64,000 nt of DNA, from contig CAVQYR010000001.1 in NCBI GenBank assembly GCA_963718235.1, forward strand, positions 928,001 through 992,000, in the 5' to 3' direction. The DNA is from an uncultured Actinomycetota bacterium. GTDB lineage: Bacteria; Actinomycetota; Actinomycetes; JAHEKZ01. The position numbers and the translations under genes were made by a program. Numbering within the stretch: position 1 is the first letter of the stretch; the number at the start of each line of letters is the position of its first letter. Positions 1 to 12,507 of the stretch are shown here, one piece after another. The notes beneath the pieces were generated by a model. It was not told the DNA's origin. It saw only the letters and a list, made by a program, of their open reading frames with translations, and ran no database searches.

Positions 1-159
1 CGTCACCGCGTCGACCCGCTCGTAGACCCGCCAGCCGAGCCAGCCGAACAGCAGCAGCATGGCCAGGGTCAGCAGGTCAGCCACCAGCGCGGCCCGACGT
101 CGGCTGGGAGAGCCCGGGTACAGGCGCGCGTAGATCGAACTGGCCGAATTCACGGTCAT
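1..159 (-). CDS. Membrane protein, 5' part only (runs off the window)
   Basis: Manual translation from ATG at 159: MTVNSASSIYARLYPGSPSRRRAALVADLLTLAMLLLFGWLGWRVYERVDAVT. GGGAG lies upstream and there is a hydrophobic helix. Confidence 0.7.
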   Translation of the reverse strand, partial: MTVNSASSIYARLYPGSPSRRRAALVADLLTLAMLLLFGWLGWRVYERVDAVT

Positions 160-187
160 CACCACTCCCTGGGCGTCACACTGAGTC

Positions 188-1081
188 ATGCCGAGACATC
201 AGACTGCAGCCTTGCAGGTACTGCGCCGAGCAGACGTACCGTTGCAGGAGACCTCGGGGCTGTGTCTGCGTCGTGAGGCCGACGGATCGACCACGCTGCT
301 CGCGATCGGTGACCGCGAGGCCACGATCGCGTGGTGCCGACTCCCGCACGACGTCGACGGTGAGCTGACCTGGGCGACCGCGGACCTCACCGGGGCCGAC
401 GGGACCGCCCTGCCGGCGCACGATCCGCAGCTGGAGGCGATTGCGTCCGACGGTGTCGGTCGGGTGCTGCTGCTCCAGGAGACCCCACCGCGGTGCGAGC
501 TGATCGACCCACCGAGCGTCGCAGTCATCGCCCGGATCGCACTGAGCGTCGAGGGAGAGAGCGCTGTCGCCCGCTCGTGGCGCGACCCGGCCGGGTCGCA
601 CGGCGAGGGGTGCATCCTGCTGCGGGACGGTCATCTCCTGGTCGCCAAGGAGAAGGACCCCTCGGCGATCGTTGAGTTCGGACCGGCCGGCGCCGAGGCG
701 ATCGGGGTCGGCGCCGGGACCGTGCTGCCGCCAGGACAGACGTGGGAGGTGGGCACCGGTGACCTCACCTACGTCGCCCTCGCCACCTGGCTGCCCGATG
801 ACGGGCTGGCCAAGGCCTGCGGCGACCTGTCTGACCTGCAGGTCGGCCCGGACGGGCACCTCTACGTGCTCAGCGACCAGTCGGCGTCGATCGCCCGGCT
901 CGACGAGCTGCCCGCCACGGGCGGCGTGGCCCGGGCGTCGTCGGTGTGGAGCCTGGACGGCGTCGACGGAAAGCCGGAGGGTCTGGCCTTCCTGCCCAGC
1001 GGCTTCGCGGTGGTCGCACTGGACACGCGCAAGGCCAAGCACAACCTGCTGCTGATGGGGCCGGCGATCGCCGCGACCTGA
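188..1081 (+). CDS. Hypothetical beta-propeller protein (SdiA-regulated/YjiK-like)
   Basis: Repeated blade-like motifs (ETSGL, LEAIA, EGCILL..LLVAKEK, LSDL..GHLYVLSDQS, KPEGLAF) and high-GC codon usage. Confidence 0.6.
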   Translation: MPRHQTAALQVLRRADVPLQETSGLCLRREADGSTTLLAIGDREATIAWCRLPHDVDGELTWATADLTGADGTALPAHDPQLEAIASDGVGRVLLLQETPPRCELIDPPSVAVIARIALSVEGESAVARSWRDPAGSHGEGCILLRDGHLLVAKEKDPSAIVEFGPAGAEAIGVGAGTVLPPGQTWEVGTGDLTYVALATWLPDDGLAKACGDLSDLQVGPDGHLYVLSDQSASIARLDELPATGGVARASSVWSLDGVDGKPEGLAFLPSGFAVVALDTRKAKHNLLLMGPAIAAT

Positions 1082-1103
1082 CCGGTGGTCCCAGCCCGTC
1101 GGG

Positions 1104-3001
<1,898 letters not shown>

Positions 3002-3017
<16 letters not shown>

Positions 3018-4417
3018 GGGTCGTGCCAGCGGCCGAACCCGGTGACGAGCCGATCGGCCTCGGCGGGCCCCCAGCTCCCCGGGGCGTAGGGAAGCACGGG
3101 TGGTGGGTCGTCGAGCAGTGGCTGCATGATCCGCCAGGCCTCCTCGACCCCGTCCTGGCGGGTGAAACGCACGGTCTGACCCTCGAGTGCGGCCAGCAGG
3201 AGCACCTCGTAGGGCGTCGCTCCCTCACCGCCCTCGTCGCCGAACTCCATGTCCAAGAAGATGGTCTCCGGCCCGGGCGCATCCGCGCGGCGGGCGTCGA
3301 CCAGCCACTGCACACCGATCCGCGGGTCCATCCGGATCACGAGCTGGTTCGGCTCGGGGCGGCGGTCGCCGACGAGGCCGAACCCGAGCTTGGGCGGGCG
3401 CTTGAACACCATGCGAACCTCGGTCTGGGTGAGCGGGAGGTGCTTGCCGGTCCGGATGAAGAACGGCACGCCCGACCAGCGCCAGTTGTCGACGTCGAGC
3501 CGCAGTGCGGCGTACGTCTCGGTGGTCGAGCCCGCTGCGACGCCCGGGGTGTCGAGGTAGCCGGCGTACTGCCCCCGCACGTAGGACCTGGGGTCGCCGT
3601 CCTCGATCGCTCGGAAGACCGCGACCGAGGAGTCCTTCAGCGTGTTGGGGTCGCCACCGGAAGGCGCCTCCATGGCCACGGCTGCCACCACCTGCATGAG
3701 GTGGTTGACGACCACGTCGCGCAGCGCCCCCACTGGGTCGTAGAAGTGCCCCCGGTCCTCGACCCCGAAACTCTCGGCCATGGTGATCTGCACCGACTCC
3801 ACGAAGTTCCGGTTCCACACCGGCTCGAGCATCGTGTTGGCGAACCGGAGGAACAGCAGCTCCTCCAGGCCCATCTTTCCTAGGAAGTGGTCGATCCGCA
3901 GCAGCTGCGACTCGTCGATGTGGCGGTGCATGGCCCGCGCAAGCTCGCCGGCCGACCCGCGGTCGTGGCCGAAGGGCTTCTCCACGACGACCCGGGCATT
4001 GGGCGTCATGCCGGCACGGCTGATGCCCCGGACGACGGTCTCGAAGAGCGAGGGGGGTATCTCCAGGTAGAAGACGGGGAGCGATCTTCCCCTGATCTGC
4101 TCGGCCACCTTGTCGTAGGTGGTGTCGTCGGCGAAGTCACCGGACACGTAGGACAGCCGGGCAGCCAGCCGTGCGAACACCGTCTCGTCGAGCTCCTCGC
4201 CGGTGCCGACGATGCAGTCACGGGCGTGGGCACGAAGCTGGTCGACGGTCCAGTCGTTCACGGCGACACCCACGATGGGAGTGCGGAGCAGCCCCCGTTG
4301 CTCCAGGCGGTAGAGCGACCGGAAGGTCATCACCCGGGCCAGGTCCCCGGTGATGCCGAAGATGACCAGGACGTCGGCTGGTGGGGCAACGGAGGTGGGT
4401 GTCGCCTGCGGATTCAC
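3002..4417 (-). CDS. zwf: Glucose-6-phosphate 1-dehydrogenase
   Basis: Motifs [38 protein letters not shown] and GSWGP. Confidence 0.95.
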
Positions 4418-4638
4418 TCGGCCGTCCCTTCGGTTCGGGTGAGGTCCTCAGCCTAGTTGCGGGCTCGTGGAGTGCTTGCCGCGCTGAGCGCGGCGTCACG
4501 ACCATCAGGCGTGCTCGGTCGGGTCACGGCGCGATGCTACGGGTGCGCCGCCGGACCCCCTCTGCCAGAGTGGGCTGGTCAGGCAGGTGCGGGTGCTTCT
4601 CACCGGCCGAGTCGTCAGCCAAGTGCTCAGGAGGAACA

Positions 4639-4833
4639 GTGGTTCTGGGAATCGGTGGATTTAGCGGGGGCAAGGCCGGCGGTCCGGCGTACGAGATCGA
4701 GGTGAACGAGGGCTCGGTGAACATGCACCGCTTCACCAAGGTCGCGAACGAGCGGGCGGCCAACGGATACCGGATGGCGCACGTGTACAGCCAGGACCGC
4801 AACACGATCGTGGTCTGGGAGCGCGTCGGCTGA
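4639..4833 (+). CDS. Small DUF4177-like protein (64 aa)
   Basis: AGGAGG RBS before GTG at 4639. The segment NERAANGYRMAHV..IVVWER resembles DUF4177. Confidence 0.6.
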   Translation: MVLGIGGFSGGKAGGPAYEIEVNEGSVNMHRFTKVANERAANGYRMAHVYSQDRNTIVVWERVG

Positions 4834-4897
4834 CCGCGCTGCCGCCGGTCGGCGGGAGAGCGTCGGGCGGCCTTGCCGTCTGGGCTAGCGTGCGGCC

Positions 4898-5854
4898 ATG
4901 AGCGCTCCTCCTGAGTCGTACTTCGACACCTCGGGTTGGGACCCACGTGACGTCGTCTCGGGCGGCTCGCGGATGGTGCCGGTCAGCACGCCGAGCGGTG
5001 ACTTCCGGGTGTGGACCAAGCGGGTCGGCACCAACCCCGACCTCAAGGTGCTGCTGCTGCACGGGGGCCCGGGGGCGACAGACGAGCTGTACGAGTGCTT
5101 CGACACCTGGTTCCCCGGCGCCGGCATCGAGTACTACTACTACGACCAGCTCGGCTCGTTCCGCAGCGACCAGCCCGACGACCCGTCGCTGTGGGACCTG
5201 GCCCGGTTCGTCGACGAGGTCGAGCAGGTCCGCCGAGCGCTCGGGCTGGACGCGGGCAACTTCGTGCTGCTCGGCCAGTCGTGGGGTGGGATCCTCGCCA
5301 TGGAGTACGCCGTCCACCACCAGGAGCACCTCAAGGGCCTGGTCATCTCGAACATGATGTCGAGCGCGCCGCTGTACAACGCCTATGCCCACGAAGTCCT
5401 CATGCCCGCCATGGACCAGTTCGTCCTCGCGCAGATCAAGCAGTTCGAGGCCGAGGGGACCACCGACGACCCCCGCTACGAGCAGCTGCTCATGGAGCAC
5501 CACTACGCCTTGCACGTCTGTCGGCTCCCGCTCGGGGAGTGGCCCGACCCGGTCCAGCGCTCTCTGGGCCACCTCAACCCGGCGATCTACGTACCGATGC
5601 AGGGGCCGAGCGAGCTCGGTCTCAGCGGCACCCTCGAGGACTGGGACCGCTCCGGAGACCTCGGGGACATCGACGTCCCGACCCTCGTCATCGGTGCCAC
5701 TCACGACACCATGGACCCCGAACACCTGCGTTGGATGGCTGACCAGCTGCCCCAGGGCACCTACCTGCACTGCCCCGAGGGAAGCCACCTGGCGCAGTTC
5801 GACGACCCGCAGCACTACTTTCCCGGGCTGATCCGTTTCCTCCAGTGTCTGTGA
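4898..5854 (+). CDS. pip: Proline iminopeptidase (alpha/beta hydrolase, S33)
   Basis: Motifs LHGGPG, YDQLG, GQSWGG nucleophile elbow and GSH. Confidence 0.88.
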   Translation: MSAPPESYFDTSGWDPRDVVSGGSRMVPVSTPSGDFRVWTKRVGTNPDLKVLLLHGGPGATDELYECFDTWFPGAGIEYYYYDQLGSFRSDQPDDPSLWDLARFVDEVEQVRRALGLDAGNFVLLGQSWGGILAMEYAVHHQEHLKGLVISNMMSSAPLYNAYAHEVLMPAMDQFVLAQIKQFEAEGTTDDPRYEQLLMEHHYALHVCRLPLGEWPDPVQRSLGHLNPAIYVPMQGPSELGLSGTLEDWDRSGDLGDIDVPTLVIGATHDTMDPEHLRWMADQLPQGTYLHCPEGSHLAQFDDPQHYFPGLIRFLQCL

Positions 5855-5965
5855 GTCACCGACCTCGGCCGCGGGTCATCCGGCCCGACCTGGTCCTCGC
5901 CGGGGCGAGGGCTGCTCGACCGAACGTGGGCTCGGGCGCCAGGCGGTGCTGCGTAGGGTGTCGCC

Positions 5966-6505
5966 ATGGAGACAGCGTGGTTGTTCGACACACTTGCGGT
6001 GACCCTCGCGCGGATCGACTTCCTCGACCCTGAACTGGACGCGGCGCCGGACACCAGGGAGCGCGGCGTGCGTCTAGAGATCCGTCCGATCGAGTCTGAG
6101 TGCGTCGGCAGCGTCTACGCTTCGCCCACCGTCACGCTTCAACCGGCCGTCTGCCGCATCGACCTGTTGGAGTCTGCCCCTGGCGCCGTTGACCGGATGC
6201 ATTGGCACCCCACCATGCACGGTGGTGAGCCGGGCGATCGTACGTTCGACCCTGACATCCCGGTCGACCCGCTGGCGTGGCTCGACCGCCGCCTTGCGCA
6301 GGTCACGAAGCTCCTGGAGCACGGTGGCGTCGAAGACACTGGGCTCTATGAACGGTCCGCGGGCGAGATCTCGGATCATCGTGCCGAAATCGTTGCAGCG
6401 GCGGCTGCCGGCCTTGAGTGGGCCCGGCGCCCATGGCCTGATGTGGAGCATGACGAACGCGGCATGGCTACGCTCACGGAATGGCCGATGACACGTACAC
6501 AGTGA
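5966..6505 (+). CDS. Hypothetical protein
   Basis: Globular-looking ORF with TAGGGT 6 nt before the ATG. No family recognised. Confidence 0.65.
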   Translation: METAWLFDTLAVTLARIDFLDPELDAAPDTRERGVRLEIRPIESECVGSVYASPTVTLQPAVCRIDLLESAPGAVDRMHWHPTMHGGEPGDRTFDPDIPVDPLAWLDRRLAQVTKLLEHGGVEDTGLYERSAGEISDHRAEIVAAAAAGLEWARRPWPDVEHDERGMATLTEWPMTRTQ

Positions 6506-6957
6506 AGCGATCCATCACGATCGACGCTCCTGCGGCTCAGGTCTTCCCCCTCGTTGCCGACTTCAGGCGCTGGACGGAGTGGTCACCCTGGGAAGGCCTC
6601 GACCCCGACATGCAGCGGACCTACAGCGGGTCGGCGTCGGGGCCTGGGTCGTCCTACAGCTGGTCGGGCAACCGGAAAGCCGGGCAGGGTCAGATGACGA
6701 TTCTCGAGGCAGTGGAACCGTCAACGATCACCGTGGACCTCCGCTTCGACAGGCCGTTCAAGGCACGCAACGACATGTCCTTCCACATTCAGGAGCATGA
6801 GCGTGGTTCGACCGTTCGCTGGGCAATCACCGGCAAGAAGACGTTCGCCACGAGAGCCATGAGTCTCTTCAAGTCGATGGACGCGTTGGTCGGGCCCGAC
6901 TTCGAGAGAGGGCTGGCCAAGCTCAAGTCACTGGTCGAGGGACCTCCAGGGGCCTAG
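6481..6957 (+). CDS. SRPBCC/polyketide cyclase family protein
   Basis: Motifs RSITIDAP, WSPW, YSWSGN and DFERGLAKLK. Confidence 0.88.
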   Translation: MADDTYTVKRSITIDAPAAQVFPLVADFRRWTEWSPWEGLDPDMQRTYSGSASGPGSSYSWSGNRKAGQGQMTILEAVEPSTITVDLRFDRPFKARNDMSFHIQEHERGSTVRWAITGKKTFATRAMSLFKSMDALVGPDFERGLAKLKSLVEGPPGA

Positions 6958-7138
6958 CGGTCACGGGCCGACACCCCGGGCTGCCCGCCCACAGTGGGTG
7001 ACGAACTGGGTGCGGGTCGTGAGTCGACGTGCGGCGGCCGGGTGAGGGTTGTCCACAGTTGGGCCGAACCCGTTGCCGCTCCCCGTCGTTGGCCCCTAAC
7101 CTCCCCGTCACGCCGCGCCGGACCGACGTGGCGAGGGG

Positions 7139-8371
7139 GTGACCGTGGACGCCGTCGCGTTGGTCGAGAGCGAGGTGCGAGAGCTCGTTCGTCAGCGCGG
7201 GTTGGATCCGTTGGTCGACCCGCGCGGCGTGCGTGGTCTGGTACGGGAGGTGCTGGCCGACTACGAGCAACGCACGCTCGGCGGTTCTCTGACTCCTCTT
7301 CTCGACCCCGTGGGTACCGAGCAGCTCGTTCTCGACTCGGTGGCGGGGTTCGGGCCGCTGCAGCGGTTCCTCGACGACCCGGAGATCGAGGAGATCTGGA
7401 TCAACGACCCGGGCCGCGTTTTCGTGGCCCGGCGCGGGCGCAGCGAGCTGACCTCGACGATTCTGGACGCCGGTCAGGTTCGAGACTTGGTCGAGCGCAT
7501 GCTCAGGACGTCGAACCGTCGGGTCGACCTGTCCACCCCGTTCGTCGACGCGTGCCTTCCGGACGGGTCACGTCTGCACGTGGTGATCCCCGACGTCACC
7601 CGTGAGCACTGGGCAGTCAACGTCCGCAAGTTCGTCGTCCGCGCGGCCCACCTCGACGAGCTGGTCGACCTGGGAACCCTCACCTCCGCGTCGGCAGCCT
7701 TCCTGGAGGCAGCGGTCGTCGCCGGGTTGAACGTGATCGTCGCCGGTGGCACGCAGGCGGGCAAGACGACTTTGCTCAACTGTCTGGCAGCAGCGATCCC
7801 GGCGAGCGAAAGGGTCGTGACGGTCGAGGAGGTATTCGAGCTCCAAGTTCCACTTCCCGACGTCGTCGGTCTGCAGACCCGCCAGCCGAGTCTCGAAGGC
7901 ACGGGGGAGATCCAGCTCCGTCGACTGGTGAAGGAAGCCCTTCGCATGCGGCCGAGCCGAATCATTGTCGGAGAGGTCCGCCAGGCGGAGTGCCTCGATC
8001 TGCTCATCGCGCTCAACAGCGGCCTGCCCGGCATGTGCAGCCTGCACGCCAACAGCGCACGTGAGGCAGTGACGAAGCTGTGCACCCTTCCGCTCCTGGC
8101 CGGCGACAACGTGGGGTCCGGATTCGTCGTCCCCACCGTGGCCGGGTGCGTCGACCTCGTCGTGCACCTGTCCAGCGACGTCGATGGCTCCCGACGCGTG
8201 CGCGAGATAGCCGCCCTGCCGGGCCGGGTGGAGGGTGGCGTCGTGGAGATGGAGGACATCTTCGTGATGCGCAACGGCCTCCTGGCGCGAGGAACTGGGT
8301 TCCCGCCTCATCTCGACCGGTTCGAGCGTCGTGGTCTCGACGTCGCCGGGCTCCTGGCGACGGCCTCATGA
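7139..8371 (+). CDS. cpaF: Tad pilus assembly ATPase CpaF/TadA
   Basis: Walker A GGTQAGKTT, LRMRPSRIIVGEVR and SLHANS. Confidence 0.93.
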   Translation: MTVDAVALVESEVRELVRQRGLDPLVDPRGVRGLVREVLADYEQRTLGGSLTPLLDPVGTEQLVLDSVAGFGPLQRFLDDPEIEEIWINDPGRVFVARRGRSELTSTILDAGQVRDLVERMLRTSNRRVDLSTPFVDACLPDGSRLHVVIPDVTREHWAVNVRKFVVRAAHLDELVDLGTLTSASAAFLEAAVVAGLNVIVAGGTQAGKTTLLNCLAAAIPASERVVTVEEVFELQVPLPDVVGLQTRQPSLEGTGEIQLRRLVKEALRMRPSRIIVGEVRQAECLDLLIALNSGLPGMCSLHANSAREAVTKLCTLPLLAGDNVGSGFVVPTVAGCVDLVVHLSSDVDGSRRVREIAALPGRVEGGVVEMEDIFVMRNGLLARGTGFPPHLDRFERRGLDVAGLLATAS

Positions 8372-9231
8372 CATCTGCGGAGTGGGGGTTGGTGCTCGGC
8401 CTCACGTTGGGGCTGGGACTGCTGATCCTCCTACGCGGGCGGGGCGAACGTGGTGCGAGAACGTCGTCGAGCAGGCGTCGACTCCGTTCCCTGCTGGCTG
8501 AAGCGGGCCTGCAGGGCGTCACTCCGACGAGACTTCTCATGGCGAGCACCGCTCTTGCGGCCGCCACCTTCTTCTTCGTCCTGGGCGTGTCGCAGTCGTG
8601 GACCGTCAGCCTGGCGTTCGGGGCGTTGGCTTCGTACGGCCCGCTGGCCCTGGTACGGCACCGCATGCGACAGCGTCGCGCTGAGCTTGGAACGCTCTGG
8701 CCCGATGTCATCGACAACATCGCCTCGGCGGTGCGCGCGGGTCTCTCGCTACCCGAGGCGCTCGGCCAGGTGGGGGAGCGCGGGCCGGAGGCGTTGCGTC
8801 CCGCCTTCCGGGCGTTCGCCGACGAGTACCGCGTGAGTGGCACGTTCGGTACCGCCCTTGACGGGCTGAAGGACCGACTGGCTGACCCCGTGGGCGACCG
8901 GGTCGTGGAAGCCCTGCGTCTGGCCCGTGACGTGGGCGGACACGACCTCGGTCGACTGCTGCGCACGCTGGCGGTGTTCCTCCGGGACGACCTGCGGACC
9001 CGGGGCGAGATCGTCAGTCGGCAGAGCTGGACGGTCAACGCCGCACGTCTGGCGGTTGCCGCCCCCTGGGTGCTGCTCGCGCTCCTGTCGCTGCGGCCTC
9101 AGGCCGTCGAGGCGTACGACTCCGCAGCGGGCATGGTTCTCCTGGTAGCCGGCGGCGCGGTCTCCGTGGTCGCGTACCGGCTGATGCTGCGCCTGGCACG
9201 CCTCCCCCTCGAAGCGAGGGTCCTCCAATGA
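8368..9231 (+). CDS. tadB: TadB-like T2SS F-family membrane protein
   Basis: ATGA overlap with cpaF, RAGLSL motif and TM helices. Confidence 0.85.
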   Translation: MTSAEWGLVLGLTLGLGLLILLRGRGERGARTSSSRRRLRSLLAEAGLQGVTPTRLLMASTALAAATFFFVLGVSQSWTVSLAFGALASYGPLALVRHRMRQRRAELGTLWPDVIDNIASAVRAGLSLPEALGQVGERGPEALRPAFRAFADEYRVSGTFGTALDGLKDRLADPVGDRVVEALRLARDVGGHDLGRLLRTLAVFLRDDLRTRGEIVSRQSWTVNAARLAVAAPWVLLALLSLRPQAVEAYDSAAGMVLLVAGGAVSVVAYRLMLRLARLPLEARVLQ

Positions 9232-10166
9232 GTGGGGCGGGCGTGCTCGTGCTGGGTTCGGCACTGGGCCTCGGCCTGGCACTGGTCGGATTCTCCTTCC
9301 CGGTGTTCCGACGGCCCGTCCTGAGCGACCGCGTCCATCCGTACCTGGGGGGTGGCCCGACGCCGTCGCGCCTGCTGGTCGACGACTCGGTCTCCACGCC
9401 GTTCCCCACGCTGGAGCGGCTTCTGCGCCCGAGCCTCCGTCGGGCCGCTCGCTCGCTCGACCGCTGGGCAGGCGCCGGGGGCTCTGTGGGACACCGGCTC
9501 GACCGGCTCGGCTCACCGATGTCGGTCGACCAGTTCCGGGTGCAGCAGCTCGGGTGGGGGGTAGCTGCAGCCATGGCCGGATCCGCACTCCTCGCGCTGC
9601 GCGGCGCCAGGACCGGACCGCCGGGTGCAGCCACCATCGTCTTGGTCCTGGTCCTGTCTTTCACGGCCGGGGTCCTGGCCCGCGATCGACGCCTGACGAC
9701 AGACGTGAGGCGTCGGGAGTCGCGCATGCGAACGGAGTTCCCGACGCTTGCTGAGCTGCTGGCCCTGTCGGTGTCGGCGGGTGAGGGTGCCGCCGCTGCG
9801 CTCGAGCGGGTGAGCCGGGTGGCACACGGTGACCTGGCCGCAGAGCTGCGGCGGGCCCTGGACGACGTCCGACTCGGGGTCGGTCTCGTCGACGCGCTGC
9901 AGGCGGTGGCCACGCGCGTCGAGCTCCCGGAGCTACGCCGCTTCGTCGACGGAGTCGTGGTCGCCGTCGATCGAGGGACTCCTCTGGCAGCGGTCCTCCA
10001 GGCTCAGGCAGCCGATGCGCGCGAGGCCGAGCGCAGGGCACTGATCGAACTGGGTGGCCGCAAGGACATCGCGATGATGGTCCCGGTCGTCTTCCTGGTC
10101 CTGCCCCTGTCGGTGGTGTTCGCACTGTTCCCCGGCTTCTACTCCATCTCGCTGTCGTCTCCCTGA
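9228..10166 (+). CDS. tadC: TadC-like T2SS F-family membrane protein
   Basis: SVSAGE, RGTPLAAVL and C-terminal MMVPVVFLVLP; position in the operon. Confidence 0.85.
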   Translation: MSGAGVLVLGSALGLGLALVGFSFPVFRRPVLSDRVHPYLGGGPTPSRLLVDDSVSTPFPTLERLLRPSLRRAARSLDRWAGAGGSVGHRLDRLGSPMSVDQFRVQQLGWGVAAAMAGSALLALRGARTGPPGAATIVLVLVLSFTAGVLARDRRLTTDVRRRESRMRTEFPTLAELLALSVSAGEGAAAALERVSRVAHGDLAAELRRALDDVRLGVGLVDALQAVATRVELPELRRFVDGVVVAVDRGTPLAAVLQAQAADAREAERRALIELGGRKDIAMMVPVVFLVLPLSVVFALFPGFYSISLSSP

Positions 10167-10201
10167 CGGCAGCCCTGCACACCTGCGACGAAGGAGACGA
10201 C

Positions 10202-10387
10202 ATGACGAGAATCGCCGCGCACCTCGCGGTTCGCCTGCAACAGCTTCGGGACGACGATCGTGGCGACGTCCCCGGCTGGGTCTTCATCACGATCATGACC
10301 GCAGGACTCGTGACCACGCTGTGGCTGGTGGCCGAGGACCAGCTGCGGGAGATCTTCTCCTCCGCGCTGTCGAGGGTCTCCCGCTGA
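10202..10387 (+). CDS. Flp-like pilin
   Basis: AAGGAG RBS; DDRG prepilin cleavage motif followed by a hydrophobic helix; 61 aa. Confidence 0.8.
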   Translation: MTRIAAHLAVRLQQLRDDDRGDVPGWVFITIMTAGLVTTLWLVAEDQLREIFSSALSRVSR

Positions 10388-10764
10388 TGGACCACGACGA
10401 CCGCGGTTCTGCGGTCGTCGAGTTCGTGCTGGTGTCGGTGCTGGTCGTCTTCGTCGTGCTGGCCCTGGTCCAGGTCGCCTTCGCCCTGTACGTCCGCAAC
10501 ACCCTCGTGGCCGCGGCCGCCGAAGGCGCGCGGTTCGGTGCGTCGGCGGGCCGAACCCCGGACGACGCCGCGCTGCACACCCAGCGACTGATCGAGATGA
10601 CCCTTCCGCCCGGCTACTCAGACGACGTGTCGGCGGGGGTCGAGCTGGTTGCCGGGGTGCCGTCCGTGGTGGTCGAGGTTCGCGCGGCCGTGCCGCTGGT
10701 GGCGTGGTTCGGCCCGGCCGAGGGCATCACGGCTCGCGGGCACGCCATGAGCGAGACGCCGTGA
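10387..10764 (+). CDS. TadE-like pseudopilin
   Basis: DRGSAVVEF and AAAEGARF. Confidence 0.88.
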   Translation: MDHDDRGSAVVEFVLVSVLVVFVVLALVQVAFALYVRNTLVAAAAEGARFGASAGRTPDDAALHTQRLIEMTLPPGYSDDVSAGVELVAGVPSVVVEVRAAVPLVAWFGPAEGITARGHAMSETP

Positions 10765-11216
10765 CGCCCGCCCGTGTGCGCGAGGCACGCGGTGCTGAAG
10801 GTGCCGCGATGGTCGAGTTCGTGTCCCTGGTCGTGGTTCTGGTGGTGCCGTTGACCTACTTGCTCCTCACCGTCTTCGAGGTCCAGCGTGCGTCTTTCGC
10901 CGCCACGTCCGCCGCGCGTGAGGCGGCCCGGCTGTTCGTGACCGCCCCCTCCTCCGCCGAGGCCGAGGTCCGTGCGCGTCAGGCTGCAGCCATTGCGCTG
11001 GCCGACCATGGCATGTCCGCAGGTCCGGACGACGTGGTCGTGTCGTGCTCCGCCGATCCCTGCCTCACCCCTGGGGCCCTCGTCCGGGTGCAGTTCCGGA
11101 CCAGCCTCCCGCTGCCGCTGGTCCCAGGCTTCGTCAGCGACCTGGTCCCGGTTGCCGTGGGTGTCCAGGCCGAGCACACCCAGGTCGTCGACCGCTACGC
11201 ACCCCTGCGGCCATGA
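10761..11216 (+). CDS. TadE/F-like pseudopilin
   Basis: EGAAMVEF and AAREAAR; GTGA overlap. Confidence 0.85.
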   Translation: MTPARVREARGAEGAAMVEFVSLVVVLVVPLTYLLLTVFEVQRASFAATSAAREAARLFVTAPSSAEAEVRARQAAAIALADHGMSAGPDDVVVSCSADPCLTPGALVRVQFRTSLPLPLVPGFVSDLVPVAVGVQAEHTQVVDRYAPLRP

Positions 11217-11653
11217 GCGCTCGGCGTGACGAGGGCACGGTGATGCTGCTCGTCCTGGGGTTGGTCGTGGTGGCAGGACTCCTCATCGTGGTCGTGGTCG
11301 ACGTCAGCGCCTTGTTCGTGGCGCGACGTGACCTGCTCGCCGCGGCAGACGGGGCGGCGCTGGCGGGGGCCCAGGCGGTCGACGAGGCAGCGGTTTACCG
11401 CGACGGAGTGCGTGGCTCGCTCCCGCTCGACCCGGCGCGGGTCGAGACCGTCGTCGACGAGTACCTGCGTGACGCCGGCGCTCCGACGGGGGTCGACGAC
11501 CTGCACGTCTCGGTGACGACCGACGGCACGACGGTCCGGGTGCAGCTCAGCGGACTCGTGCACCTTCCGATCGTCAACGCGGTCACTCCGGGTGCAGCAG
11601 GAGGGGTCGACGTCGCGGCGTCGGCCAGCGCGCGGTCCGCCGTCCTGCCGTGA
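11213..11653 (+). CDS. TadG-like pseudopilin
   Basis: DEGTVMLL and AADGAALAGA. Confidence 0.85.
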   Translation: MSARRDEGTVMLLVLGLVVVAGLLIVVVVDVSALFVARRDLLAAADGAALAGAQAVDEAAVYRDGVRGSLPLDPARVETVVDEYLRDAGAPTGVDDLHVSVTTDGTTVRVQLSGLVHLPIVNAVTPGAAGGVDVAASASARSAVLP

Positions 11654-11726
11654 GAGTGGGCACGTATGAGTTCCGTCAAGACGGCCCGGCGCACCACCCA
11701 CGCGGTGGTTCGATCGGGACGTGACG

Positions 11727-12481
11727 ATGACGTGGACGAAGGCGCGACACCGGCCCGCGCTGCGGATCGCGGCGGCGGCGCGCTCCGCTCGCCGCCTGCT
11801 CGGTCCTCGCTGTCTTCCGGGACAGCGTCACCCAGGCGACCGCCGCACTCGTGCTGGTCGTCGTCGTCGTGGCGGTCGCCGCTACCGGTGACCGGGTAGC
11901 GGGCATCGTTGCCGCAGTGTCGAGCGGGGTGTGGTTCGACTTCTTCCTGACCCAGCCGTACGGCACGTTCGCCATCACCGACTCCAACGACGTCGAGGTG
12001 GTGATCCTGCTCGTGCTCGTGGGGTCAGCGGTTGCCGAGCTTGCGCTGTGGGGGCTGCGGCAGCAGTCCAGGGCCAGTCGCCGGAGTGGCTACCTCGACG
12101 GTGTGCTCCGAGCCGCAGCGATCGCGACGGAGCGGCAGACTTCGCCGCGAGGCCCTCATCGGCCTCGTCACGGACGAGATCGTCGATGTCCTGGGCATCG
12201 ATGCCGGCCGGTTCGTCCCTGACATCACCGTGCCCGCACACGCCGCGGTCCTCGAACAGTCAGGACTCGTTAGCCGGCATGGTCGGGTGGTCGACGTCGA
12301 GCGGGACGGCCTGCCCACGGACGGCGAGATCGCGCTGGTGGTCAGCCACGGCGGAGCGGCGGTCGGCCGGTTCATGCTGACCGCGTCGACGCGGGTTGCC
12401 CGGCCTTCGACCGAGCAACGCAAGGTCGCCGTGCTTCTGGCCGACCAGGTCGCCACAGCCCACGCGACACACGAAGGCTGA
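11727..12481 (+). pseudogene. Stand-alone DUF4118 (KdpD-like TM sensor) protein with two apparent frameshifts
   Basis: Motif WFDFFLTQPY is present. A continuous protein needs frame changes near 11780 and 12148. Pseudogene or sequencing indels. Confidence 0.7.
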
Positions 12482-12507
12482 GACCGGACCGCCGGCGAGG
12501 TGTCGCC

